NCBI GenBank assembly: GCA_965637545.1 | Contig: OZ281496.1 | Coordinates: 31,434,001 to 31,498,000 of the forward strand | Reading direction: 5' to 3' | Length of the DNA stretch: 64,000 bases | Source of the DNA: Phallusia mammillata | Lineage: Eukaryota | Shown: piece after piece, positions 22,102 through 35,700 of the stretch | Layout of the letters: each line of letters starts with the position of its first letter | Numbering within the stretch: the stretch's first letter is position 1 | Notes under the pieces: generated by a model | Databases searched by the model: none | What the model was told of the DNA's origin: nothing | What the model saw: the letters and a program-made list of their open reading frames with translations, nothing else | Translations under genes and position numbers: made by a program

Positions 22102-25100
22102 GGTATAATGTTACAAATATCTATGTGTTTGGTATAAGAATGTCCGTAAACTCTTTTCACAGTCCGCAGACTCCGGTTTTTGAAACACGGGTTTAAAGAG
22201 TAAGGGCGCATTTGCTAACGTTAACAAGCACACGACCACAAAGGTGCAGAAAATATGTTGGCGAGCTGCAGCAAAAACAACCATTGAACAAAATCAAGAT
22301 TAAGCAATAGATAGGATTGATCAAAAAGAACTTAGTTATACAATCAGCTGAGCTGTAATAAAAAACAACTTTTTAAAGTAAGGGTCAATTTTAAATTAGG
22401 TTATTCGTACATAGAAAGATTTTACGATATAAGTGTGATTTAAAGTTGAAAGACGAAAAGTCAAGAGTTGAAATCCAACAGAAGGCAGCGAGTGATGTAA
22501 TCTGAATCATTTATTCGGTTGCTATTAAAGTCAAACTCAAATTTGTTAATAATGATGTAACCGGTTTGGTTACTGGAAATTCAGACTGGTAAACAATTCG
22601 AATAACTAGCTGTGACGTCAAAATCGCTATTATTTTGCGTTGGTGATGTCACTATCTGAATGACATAATTCTATTTCGATAAGTTAGGGTTAGAATTCCT
22701 AATTTGTTCAAACGCTGGGTTGATATCAGCTTTTATGTATTTGTTAGTGGGGAAGCTGACGGCAGATGTTTCTTGGAAGATTCGCGTTTTTACGCGTCTC
22801 ATGTCAAAGGGAAAATCCGGTTCAAAACATTCGACAAAAATTGCTGCAAAATTACGTAAAGTATAAGACTGATGACGGTTTGAACCCCAACGCAATCTGC
22901 ATTAACTTAACCGGCTTGCACAAGTTTAAAGTCGCGTCTTTTTTCATGTAAAAAAGAAATAGGCCTTGGTTTCAGCCAAAAATTCAGTTGCAACTGGAAT
23001 ATTGAAATTGTTCATTTAGATAAATCGAAGATCTTTATGTAAACTTTTCTGTAAAACTGAACGTTGCAAATTTAAAATGAGAAGTAATGAATTTCTTGGC
23101 TTGTGATCAAAATAAAAAGCTTTACAGATCAACTTTTGATTCGGCAGAATAAAATCATTTTTTTTAAAACACTTAAGCATTTGAATTAAGCGTTAAAACA
23201 AGCGTACACGCAAGTCTGTACAGCTAATTTATTCCGATCACGACCATGCCTTCGTTCATTAACAAACGAGTGTCAAACTTACAACGAAGTAAATGAATTG
23301 AAACCGACCCTCATTACTGAAATATCCCGTTTCCATTTTACTGTGTATAAGGCACTATGACGTCACAGTATGGTATTGACATTGCCGGAAGTGACGTATG
23401 GCGCTGGTTCCACTGGCCGTTGATGTCACGACCGGTTGTGCGTGCTTTGATGTGGTCGCCATTTTCGGGAAATAATAAAGTTGAAAATTCGTAGATGGGA
23501 TTTCATTAGAGTTGATATCCTGTCCGGGAATTGATTTTCGTAAACAACCATTTTTGGAGGTTTTTTATCGCAAACTTTCAAGCTAAGAAGTAATTACGTT
23601 TCCATATTTGCCGATTCCGTTTATAGAACAACGCAATCAATTTTGCGACTGCGCCGAGGCTAAAAATAAGATCTCGAATTAGTTCCGGAAATTTTTAATT
23701 GCGCTCATCCAGTTGCAAATAAGGTTTAAACGTCAATTAACAAAATTGCGTTCAAACTAAGTCGAAAAGGTCTGCAAAAAAATTGAACTCAAAATGCTGC
23801 TATTATGGAGTGCTGGTAGGAATTCGAATTTTTAATTTCTCAACCAGTTCACCGGAAGGAAACCTATTTCCGGTGAGTTGTTACGTCACAAGTAAAAGTT
23901 AATCGCCGCATTTGTGACGTTGGAAAATTGAAATCCCGATTGAATGTGAAACTCGTGGTAGTTTAATTGATAGATATCGTGTCTGAAGATAAAATAAGAA
24001 AAGACATTAATCAAAATTTTTTGGTTTATTTTGGATTCGTCAATTTAATATTGCACTGTCAGATTTGGGGGGTTTCTTGGGAATACAATAATTTTTCTTT
24101 CTTGGGTTTCTTGGGAATACAATAATTAATAAAGCTTCGGCTGAAATTAACACATGAAGTTCGTTCGTTAACCCACTTTACGTGTAAAAAAGTCGCCTAA
24201 AGACAAAACGTAAAGAGATTTGACGTAAACCAAATATTTGGGTTTATTTTTCATTCGTTAATTGTGATTAAACTCGCTAGACTTTTTAAGTTACCTGATT
24301 CTTGGGTAATTACTGCAATAAGAAATACAGATCGATGCATAAGGATCGTTCGTAAACCCTTTTAAAATGAGAAAAAAAAACGTTGGCCTTCATACGTTTA
24401 AACTTTAACAAACGTTAATATGCGTTTTTCGTTTATTAATTCTTTAAACGTTGCTTGGTTGACTAAAGCTAGCTCGTGAATCCGCTTTAATCGATGCAAA
24501 CAGCGCCGAATAGTTGTGTGGCGGCAAACCAACACTTTGTCTGCGAAAAAACATCGTTTAAAGTTTCCTCAAAACCGGATCATCAACTTGTTACGTTGTC
24601 GCCAGCAGCGCAGATCTGATAATTAGCCTGGCAACATATTTCTACGGACACGTACATTTGCGTGAACTTCCTCCACCATGAGCGCGCCGCTATTTACACC
24701 ACAAAGCTCGTAGTTCGCTGTCACAGCCCGAGGCGACAAAAAATCGCGTCAAATTAATTCTTTCGCTCTTGCCGCCGCCGCCACCCCCCAGTTTATCATC
24801 ACTGTGACGTCATAGCTTCGCGACGCCGATGTTTACGTCACAGTGGGGCACCTGAGAAGAAAAAACGAACGCCGGCCTAGTTTAGCGGAATGGAAACGGA
24901 ATGACTTTATTTGCTGCGACGCGCGAAGCAGAAGAACGTGCCGAGTGTGACATCACAAAGCATTTTGTGTCGTGACATGCGTTAAAGTTTGTGAACGCGA
25001 TTTGTGCAGGCAAGCAATGGTATATAACATGCAGTCGATGCAATTATTCCAGCGCAAATGCAGATGATTATCAGTTGGGCAGATCGCTTGAGCTGCAGAT

Positions 25101-26717
25101 CACAAAGTAATTGTGGCTGTAGTTTTGCCTCAAGCTGATTTTCCGTTTGATTTGAGAGGAACCGAAGTTTGTGTGGGAGTTTTCGTTCTTGTTGTGACAA
25201 TTGCTGGTTTGCCTTCAAATTAGTTTGTTTGTGAGGCAACGTCGTTCAGCAATTCTAGATGGTTTGTTTGAGTGATCACAATTCTGAATGCTTGTATTTC
25301 GATTTGGCAGGTTTTGTGTAAAAAACTCGGAGTGTTTTAATTTAGTTTACAATGTTAAAAGTAAATTATGTTGTACTTTGTTGATGTGAGTCAAATGCTG
25401 TTAGTGTAACAAGTTCAGGTTTTTGTTGTTGTTTGAACTCGAATTTACACTTAAATGTTTGATTTTGTTTGTAGTTTAACATCGGCATTCACTTTGGGTA
25501 AACACTTCAATAACCGATGTAGAATTATACCCAAATGTTTTCCAACTTGGGATACTACAAGTGTAACACAATACATAGGAAGGGAAAGGGGAAAAATGCA
25601 AAGTACTTTGTTTCTAGAAAGGTACAAAGTAGTTTCAATCACGAGTCCCGTGATAGTACGTAACCTATAATGGATCATTACATATATTTGTGACAAACAC
25701 TCTTGCGCTATTTTTAGGCCAGTGGGAGCTTTCGGCAATACAAGTCTAAAAGTATTGTGTTTGCCAGATCATTGGCACTTTGCATGACAATATTTAGCGG
25801 GCTTTACAAGTGTTTTGCAAGTACGTAGAAAATATGTAAGTCTGAACTAGACTAAGTTTCTACAAGGTCTTGTTGATAAATTATGACAAATTTGTAGAAT
25901 CGAATGTTGTTTCGAAAATATTCAGTTTTTGTTCAGCTGCCATGTAAAACGGCGAAGAGTTGTTTGTGACCGGTTTGTTAAGCCTTAAAGCAGAACGAAA
26001 TTGATTAAGTCTAATCGGATTTGTTCTGTGTTCGATGGAAGGCGTCTTTCATGAAGTTTAGAACATCAAAATCCGCACGTTATGTAAAATTATGGGGTGG
26101 GTGGTACAGACTTGAGTCATTCAAGACATCTGTCTACGTTTGTGGCCGATAACCATCTTTCTTTTAAGCAAAACTGTGTACGTATGTGGCTCTGTAAAAG
26201 CTTTAACACAGGGCAAACTTTCTTTACTTAAACTGCAAAGCTATCGTTGAGCAAAAGAGCCGAGGTTTAGTTGAAAGTTAAGCAAGGTTTTGAATCAAAA
26301 ACTAACAAGATGCGTAAAACTTAAAACTGTAAATGTTGGTCGTTGAGTAAAAGATTTGAGAAGCCTCAGATTAAAATTTTAACAAGGTTTTAAGTCAGGT
26401 GATATTACAAAATGCGTTGGCGTGTTGTATCTGGGTTGGATAAATATATCCTGCGCCTTGAACTGACGAAGGTTGTAATCTCAATTGTCAGTCCTGCTTC
26501 CACCCTTGGGGCAAAACGATCGTCCGTAACCGACAAATATAACTTCACAACGCTTCAAGCGGAAAATTCCCCTTTCTTTGATTCTTCATTTTTCTGTTGT
26601 CAGATTTGAGTGAGCGACTGGAAAAAGCAAATTATTGTTGTAAGAAAGAGTGTTTCCAAAAATAAAAAAGACTGAAACTACTGCTGCTGCTGGGATTTAA
26701 TTTCGGGAAACACTGTA

Positions 26718-29700
26718 ATGATGTTTCATAGAAAACCTGTTTGGGCCTCGGTGGCAATTTGTGTTTTATTCACTGGTGAGTTGCAGTTCCTAAACAACCT
26801 TGTTTCAACTTGAAATCATCTAGAAAATTGTACAAATTTTATTCATTAAAATTATCTCTTTCCAGATTGGCAAAATTTGCAGAGCAAAATACAACAATTA
26901 CCTCACAATTACGCGGTCTACCTGGAAAATTTGTCACATTCGAACAATTTGGCACGTGTCCAATATAATCAACCTCTATTACGTAACAATTAAATCATTC
27001 GCGCAACAATTTGCATACGGGTTTCGGTGCTATTTTTACGTCATAATGATAATTCTCTGTAAGATAAAACGGCAATCTTACTACATTGTGACGTCAGAAA
27101 CGGTTGAAGAGTTCAAATTACACAATTCGTAGAATCGAACGTGGTTTTAATTTTTCACTTCAAAGTCATCTTTAAACCGATTGTGACGTCATTTACAAGC
27201 ATTGTTGTAATTTGCGAAACAAATCGGGCTCGTTTTTGTTTGTGAAAGTTTGAATTGGAGCTATAATGAATATTTTGTTTTTAGTTTTCCGACATGTTTC
27301 CGGCCAAGGCACTGACACTGTTGACGAACGAACGCAACTGGATTGTCGTAAGTAGAAGACTGAATAAGAATATTTTATAAAAAAGAATTAAGTTGTCAAG
27401 TTTATAGTAAAATAAAACAGAAAATGTGCATTTGAAACAGCGCTTTTCAAACTAGGGTCCGCGGTCCTTTAGGACAGTGGTCGGCAACCGCCGGTCCGCG
27501 GCCCGGTACCGGTCCGCGAGGAGTTCGTTACCGGGCCGTATAATTTTTCAGGTTTAATGCTATAAAACATTTTGCCCATGTATCCCGGGAATAATGAACT
27601 AATTTAAGCGTTTTTGTTGCTAAATATTTGTAGTTTCTTGAAGACCGGTCCGCGATAAAATTGTAGTTTCAAAAACGGGCCGCAGTGCAAAAAAGGTTGC
27701 CGACCCTTGCTTTAGGAGTCCGTGAGGCAATTTTGGTAACGCAAAAAATAATGAAATAGTTTGAGAGCCACTGATTTAAGACCATTTACTAAAAATAGAT
27801 TAGATTGAAAACAACATTTAAAGATTTATTTTGTATATCACATGTTTGGAAACGTTTGATTCAAGACTGAAATCAGTTAGCTTTAGTATAAAGGACAAAT
27901 ATATTTTCGCTATGCAAGCGTTTTCAGTGTCTAAAAAGGCAACACTAAAATAATATGAAAACGGGAAATCGTTAGAATAGGAAATAGTTAACTCCTCATT
28001 CAAATAGAATCCTACATAAAGTTTTTCAACATTAAAAACTTTTTTTTCAACACAACACTGTTTTCATTTATTTTTGACGAATCTTTCTGCTTGTTCGTAG
28101 ATACTGACGATGATACTGTAATAGCGAAATATATATCTCTTTAAAACCAAAGGGTTATGTTTTTTTCTGAACTTACATCCGTTAAAAAGGAAAATTTATT
28201 TATTTATTTGTTTATTTATATTCAAATAGAGTCTTACATAAAGTTTTTCAACACAGTGAAAGGAAAACTTATTTATTTGTGTGATTTCAGAACCTACGCT
28301 GAACAAACCGAGCAATTTAGCTTCGGGATTTTTCGACGGCCTCGGTGAAACCAACATATTGTTATTATGGAAGGCTCCTTTCCAATCGTGGGGTTTTACT
28401 GTTAGAGTTTACACGTGAGTTTTACTGGCCATTTTTTCACGGGGTTCGAACCCAGGACACTCCCGGGGACGAATTCCGATCAGGTTTCTATGCGTCTGTA
28501 TGTGGGTCAGGCGCACTCTGGCATTGCATTGGTTGAATATATTGCACTGCTAATATTGCTGCTTTGAGCGTTTGGATTCGAAATCTGAATACCTGTGTAA
28601 AGTTAATTTCCTTATTAATGTAATTTCCTTGCATATAATGCAAAAGACTGCGACGATTTAGGTTCATTAATTCATTACCTCAGGAAATTTTAAAGTTAAA
28701 CACTAAATTTATTGTTTTACAAAACAAATGCATTGCGCTTTTATAAGCGTCGCCATTCTCTGAAAAACAACCAAACCGTTTATTACAGAGCTTACAGAGA
28801 ACTTACGAAGCAATCATGAAAATAGCAACATAGAAAAAATGTTAATTTGGTCGATTGGAAAATATGAAAAGATATTTTACTTTGGAACACTATACAACGG
28901 TCTGCTCTTAAGTTTAATGACGAAAATAACGGCCCAAATGGACGTAAAAAGCGACATGCTTTATATTTCAAAAGTTGCCATCATCAGTGATATATAGGTC
29001 ATAACTTATCAGTTTTTATAAAATTTGTTCTCAATTTTCACAGCATGGATGGTGTTCTACGGAAGGAGATACAGAATATCAGGACGCCTTTCTACAACGT
29101 AACAGACCTGGACTCGGGAACGACGTACAACGCCACTGTGTCTGCCATTTACGTCTACGATAACTCTCCGCTGAAACTTGCCTCTTGCGAAACCGAAGCT
29201 TACACGTTCACAACCTGTAAGACCACGTGACTAAAAACAACCAATAGGAGAAAAGGAATTTTTTGTTAAACGTGTTGTTAACTTTAGGGGGCGAATTTTT
29301 AAACAGTAAAAACAAAAGCAAGCTGTCAAAAGCCCAAATGACCTCTACGGGCTCACCAGTGCAGCTGGGGACAGAGTAATGAGTAAACATACGTTCTGTG
29401 TGTGTCAAGGTTGAAAGCCAAAATTGCTGGACTAAACTGAACAATATCGCTTAAAAATGTTCCAATATATTTGGTGTTTGCGTTTGTTAAAAATATGTAA
29501 AATGTGTAAAATATTTCAGTTATTACAGAACAAAACCCTAACTAGTCCGTTACAAAATCTTTTTTGCGAAAGACACCTGGCATATAATATAACCTCTTAT
29601 GTTTTCACTGAGGTGTCAGTTACAATAATTTTACAAACTAATTTATCATAATTTCTCATTTCTAAACTTACATGAAATAATAGTTGAATAATTTAACAAT

Positions 29701-32700
29701 AATGAGCAGTTTGGGAGAAACGGTTTTGTAAAAACCTGACAACTTGGGTTTCAACATTTCATGGTGTTAGTCATAATGAGAAGAGGGCTGTTAAACTGCG
29801 GTAGCCGGTAAATTTAGAATGTTTGGCTACAAGAATTTGGTAATCTGATAGTTTAATGATAATCAGGTGATTTAATAGCGATATATTGAGTTTAAAACTT
29901 CGATTGTAATGCTGACAAATAAAAATTGTCGTAAATAGCGCACAGTCATCTTGTTGTTGGTCATCTTACGCAATCCTAGTTGTAAGAAATTGGATTTATT
30001 TCTTTACATGCGATGTTAGAGTTATTTTATGCCTTATCCCAAATGAAAATGGTTCATAAACAACATACAAGTTGATTTATTTAATTGAACTTTTACGGTA
30101 GTGGTCAAAGTGTTTATATCGAGGGGATTTTTCGAAAAAGTACCCCAGGCCAAGGAATATTAAAATTTAAACGTAAAATCTATTATTTAATAAGAAATAA
30201 ACTATTTAGTCCTTCTTCTAGGTCATTCAAACGCATAATAATGGAAAATTTACGCTTCTTGTTAAATACACGACATATGTTTTTTGTTTTTTAGTCCAGT
30301 CGTGCACAAACGGCCAGGTGCATACAAGATGTTTGGGTCAATGTGTAGCTTCATGCGATTATCCTGATCCGGTTTGTGGAAGAATTTGCTCACCAGGATG
30401 CAACTGTCCTTATCCCACCCATATATGGCACAAGGGACATTGTATTCCACCACTGCTGTGTCCTGCAAAAAAAGGTTGGCTTCACTGTTAGTGTATTTCT
30501 ACAACAATATGAAACCAGCCAACAATTGCAATGTCGTTGATTATTTAAGTTTCAACACAATTGTCTATGCTTTGAGAGCTTTTAGCGCACAAACTTATGT
30601 CAAAAAAATAATTTTCAGTTATTAATATGTGTCTTTTTTAATTAATATTCATCGATAAGAATGTCATGTCATTTTTAGTCTTTCTGAAAAGATAATGCTC
30701 TGTTTCTGAAAGTGTACTATTGTTCAAAGTTTTGAACTCCAGATTAATAAAAAAACTATTGGCTTGACTCTGACAAAATTTTTTTGGTGGTTTAAAAGAG
30801 TATTGTGTCATGAAACTGATGCTTTGGAATACATTTCCTAAATTTTTATTTCAAGCTGGACAACAAGTGCTGTTTATCGTAGTTACTGCAACATAACATA
30901 CATAAAAACTAAACTCTTTTTTTGTTTAGTTTCTGTTGTGAAACCCAAAAACCTTCGATTGATCCCGCTTCCAGGAGCTGCAATATTGCTCTCATGGGAC
31001 GCAGTAGATGAGGCCTCTGGTTATTCTGTCCAGGTAATTACAAGCATTATCCAAACAATTAGGATAAGCAAATTTGTAACTGGGATCATTAAGTATTGAT
31101 ACAGACCAGTGATCACAGCACACTCAGGTGTCATATGGAACCAGCTGGTCACCAAGCATCAAGGCTAGAAATAAATATAAATATTGTCGAAACAATTGAG
31201 ATGGACATAATTTTTTAACTGGGATCATCCCTAAAGTATTGATACAGACAAGCGATCACTCAAGTGCCATGTGGAATCAGACAGTCACTAAGCATTCCCA
31301 TACATCAGGCTAGAAATGCTTGGTCACCAGCTGAATAGGTACAACGCCTGCAATGGGCCTGGCATCTTATGAATTATCCAAACAGAATAAATTAAATTTT
31401 GTAATGCTGGACATTACAGGTTATACTAATCTATATTCATGATAAAAACAGACAACACTCAATGAAATTTAACTGTCAGTTTTTCACATTCAATTGGCTT
31501 AAACCAGTGGTTTTCAAACATTTTAAGCAAGTGGTGCATTAAAGAACCAAAACTCTTCGCAGGTTGAAAAATAGTAATTTTCAACTTTACGTTCAAAAAT
31601 GGTAATTTTCGACTTTATTGTGGTGGGTAAGGAATCTTTTCATTACCAATACAAAAATAGGAGGCTTGAAACATTGTCATACGCACCAGTATTTCGTCAT
31701 GAAGTCCTAAAACACCAGGGAATGTTTGCACTTTAAAATAGTGAATATTTCACGCCACACTTGGAAATCTCTAACGGCACACGGTTTGAGGATCACTGGT
31801 TTAAACACAATATTTATTTTAGGTGAAGCCTACTTCAAATCGAGAGGTCACTGTTCATGACTCCAAAACGAAAGACACATCAGTGATCATCAACAACTTG
31901 AGGCCGGGTCAGGAATATGCCTTCATCGTGAGAGCAATCATGAACGCTCCCGTGACGATGTTACCCGATATAACTGGTCGAACCATCACCCCAGATGGAG
32001 TTGTCATCTCAGGTGTAACAGATGAAGGATTCCTTGTCACTTGGAATAATATGAACGAAGCCAGGGTAAAAACATCTTGTTGATTTGCTTGCCTTTCAAT
32101 CCAAAATATTAATTTCTTTACCCATTTTGTCGATAAATCATTTTTGTCAGTTTGATATTTGTTAAATAAAATGTTTCAGGGCTTGTTAATAATACTGCCA
32201 ATTTATTTTTTGAAATGCAAAACAACAGATATAAAAAAGCATAACTGGGCGAAAACGTTACATAGTAACACATAAAACTGTTCACATAGAATTAATTACG
32301 GAATCACACATTTAACTTGTTAATAAAAAATAACTAAACAAAAATTTAGATTATATAACACATAAAACATAGAAACATTTTATAGAACATAGAAATAATT
32401 ATGGAATCACAGATTTGAATTGTTATTGTGTGTTGTATGTACTCCATGATATCCTGAATTTTTTTATTATAATTTTTATATTTTACAGCGATATGGAATC
32501 GCGGTGTACGCTGAAGACAAAACCACAGTTCTTTATTCGGACTCATATCTTTCTCGAGCAAAGATCCAAATAGTTGGGCTCGCTCCTGGCACTTTGTATT
32601 ACGTCGCAACAACTGCAGCAAAACACCAGGACCCACTCGGCCCGTTCAGTCCCATGAGAGGAGTCCAAACCACTGGAACCAAAGACCCCAACATGGAGTA

Positions 32701-35700
32701 CACAGGAGCTTCCATTACCGGGCTCCTTCAGGAACCTGTTACCACGACTACAGAGGCCATGACAACCACAACACCCAAACCACTAACACAGTGAGAACCT
32801 ATCATAAATTGTTGAGTTCTATACCTAAATTGCAGGCGCTATAAAGCTTTACAGCAAAAATTGTGTGTGATCGAAATAATCTTTTTTAACTTTAGCAAAC
32901 ATGCAGCTAATTTGTGGTACTGTATTTGTGTTTGTGTTTTCTGTATTTATGGTAATTCTAACAATTTCTTTTTTCAATTTTAGTTGTCTCTCTAAACATG
33001 CTGAGGCAACCGCCTATTACGAAGCCAACCCCCAGTCAAGTAATGGTCCCGAATACCCCAACTGCGATGCTGAAGGTCTTTATGTGACGACAAAATGCAA
33101 AACAGGCACAAACGAGTGTCATTGCATCGACACAATTGACGGCATGAAAAAACTCGGCAGCGATTTTGGTGGAGAAGCTTCACAGATTCCATTGAATTGC
33201 GACAACTGTAAGTTTCAGCTATGAATAATATTGCATGTCACAAACACTATAGAAGCCCAAATTAGACATAAAATTGAATGCTTAATCCTCATATTAATCT
33301 ATCTATTTCTAAGACTTTATGAGAAATGTATACATAACATTCTGTGCAACAACAAAATTGTCATGATTTTTCTTTCTGTAGATGGAAATTACGGAAGTTC
33401 TGCCAGCAATCTTAAAGTGAATGGTCTCACTACTACCGGAGCTGAAATATCATGGACCGGCCCACCAGATGTTTTTGGTTACATTGTAGTGCTTACAAGT
33501 GATGTGGTGGTTGTGCAGAGTGTTATCGGGAAAACCTCCATTAAACTTACTTCACTGATTCCTGGCACTGGTTATATTGTGGAAGGTGAGACAAAACTGA
33601 GTGGTTGTTGTTGTTGTTGCTTTCTCAATGGGAATATTATTTAAAGGCTGCTGATGGAAGTTTGTTTTTAATTGGGATGTCGTTGGTGAATTTTAGAATG
33701 TATTCTGATTGTAGGTAGATTTTAACACACATTTTTTTTAATTACTTTGTAATGGACATTGTTAAGGTGAATAAAAAGCTAGTTTGCTATTTCAGTTTTT
33801 GCTTAAAATAATATTAGGCAGAGTTACAATCATTTCTTACAATATTATGTGTAAATTTTGTTTGCGTAAGATGTAAGTCAGTCTTTTGGTAGAAAGAGAT
33901 AAACACAACTTAAATTAAAATCTTTTATTTAATTTTTAGTTATTGCTGTGAATGGAAATGGTTGGACCAGTTTGACGATCAGCATCTTGTTTTCGACGCC
34001 CACCATTAACATTCCAGCTCGTTTGAGAGAAAAGGAAAGAACTGAAAACAGGTTCGGAAAAAAATGTTCATTTTTGTGTGTTATATATAACACAGCAATA
34101 TTAAGCACACCAGAACCAGGCACCAAAATGTAAATAGCTGCACATTGATTTGAGAGCTAAATACATTGTTCAGCTACTTATTCAAAACTAAGGTTGTGGC
34201 ATTGTGGGTAAACACGACTGGGGTAAGATTAGTGGGTTTCTTGCTCTGACGTTCCTGATTTTACCAATTTGTATAATAGACTATAGTTTACATTTTGACT
34301 GTAATGCTTTCATTATGCTATTACATTTTAATATTCACAAACATCTTTCTAAATGATTCCAATACAGTTACAGATATTGCACAATGTTTCAACATATAAG
34401 GTCTCATCAGTTCAGCTGGTGACAAGATATTGGTCACATATGATAGTGTAGCCATGTTTAAAAAAATCAGTTTTTGGATCTTTGCATCAATTTTAACCCA
34501 GTTTTATCTATTCAGTGTGACTGTGAAGTGGGACTTGGTAGACGGAGCTGAATCTTACAATGCTAAAATCAGTGACAGACTTACTGGTGTTGTGGTGCAG
34601 AGTCACGATCTTGCAACAAACATAATCCAATTTACTGGTTTGCAACTAAAGACTGCCTACGTCATTCGTGTCAAGTAAGTTTGCCACACTACCTGGCAAA
34701 TCTAGGGTTTGTTAATACAATAGTTATTAACTTTTTTAAGCTTGTAACCCTTAAGTTTTTGTAAAATTTCCTGAGCCTTATGTTAATAAAGCTCTGACAT
34801 AATACAAAAGACTTTATAACTAGTACTTTTGGAACTATTAAACCGTCCCAACTTTCATCTCTATCACCCCTGGTGTATATAGAATACATCATGCACATGT
34901 TTCAATCTCTTTTGTCATCATCCGTGCATTATGTATTCTTGATACACCAGTTCTATGGAAGTTACGTATATGGTTAAATTACTTTTCAAGTCCGTGTATA
35001 GTGTTCCTAAGCCAGTTCCTACTGTGGTAAAAACATAATTTCAGTGATTTTCAACCATTTTAATATTTGTTTTAGATCTGTGTCCACGATTAATGGAGTT
35101 GCTCACGAAAGTCCACCAGCTGAGCTAAACGTTGAAACGACCTGTAGAATGAAACTGGATGTTTTGTTTGTACTTGACACATCCAGTAAAACAGGCTGGA
35201 ACAGTTTCCAAAACGAGAAAATGTTTTTCTCTGAAATCATGCAGAAACTTCCTCCAATCGACTTTGAAACTGGAAGTCGGATTGCAGCACTGAAATACTT
35301 TAATCGAGCTTTCACTATGTTCTCTTACACAAGGTAATATCAAGTTTATAGAGCTCTTCTGGCAATTGTATTTTTATTCCGACGTTTCGACGTCCTATAC
35401 AGGTCGCCTGTTTGGAGTAAATAACACTAAATGCGCGTTGCCGTACAGTGCACGATAAACAAAGTACAATCAACATAAAACCACTGACCCTGCGGTGGAA
35501 GCAAAACTTTGGGGGCAGCTTCTAAAGTTTTTTTGATGGGGCAATAAGTACTTTGTATGAGTTGGTTTCAACAGGAAAAAACATAGACTTTTGTTTCTTT
35601 ATTACCCACCCCAACCTGGCCATGCTAATGGACTGGGCACATAGACCTAAAAAACACTCTACAGCTTGTATGTAGAAAAAACATTGAAAGGCAGACTTTA

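Noticed and set aside
22860-22900. CTGATGA at about 22869, and the minus-strand CTGATGA at about 36225, as further hammerheads
   Set aside because: No stem II followed by GAAA and no NUH triplet in register.
24045-24070. TATTGCAC resembling a miR-92 seed (also at about 28550)
   Set aside because: Only the seed matches; there is no hairpin and no match to the rest of the mature sequence.
24982-25239. 85-aa Gln-rich ORF with a hydrophobic tail
   Set aside because: Non-ATG start, no recognisable family and no convincing splice context. It cannot be supported without expression data.
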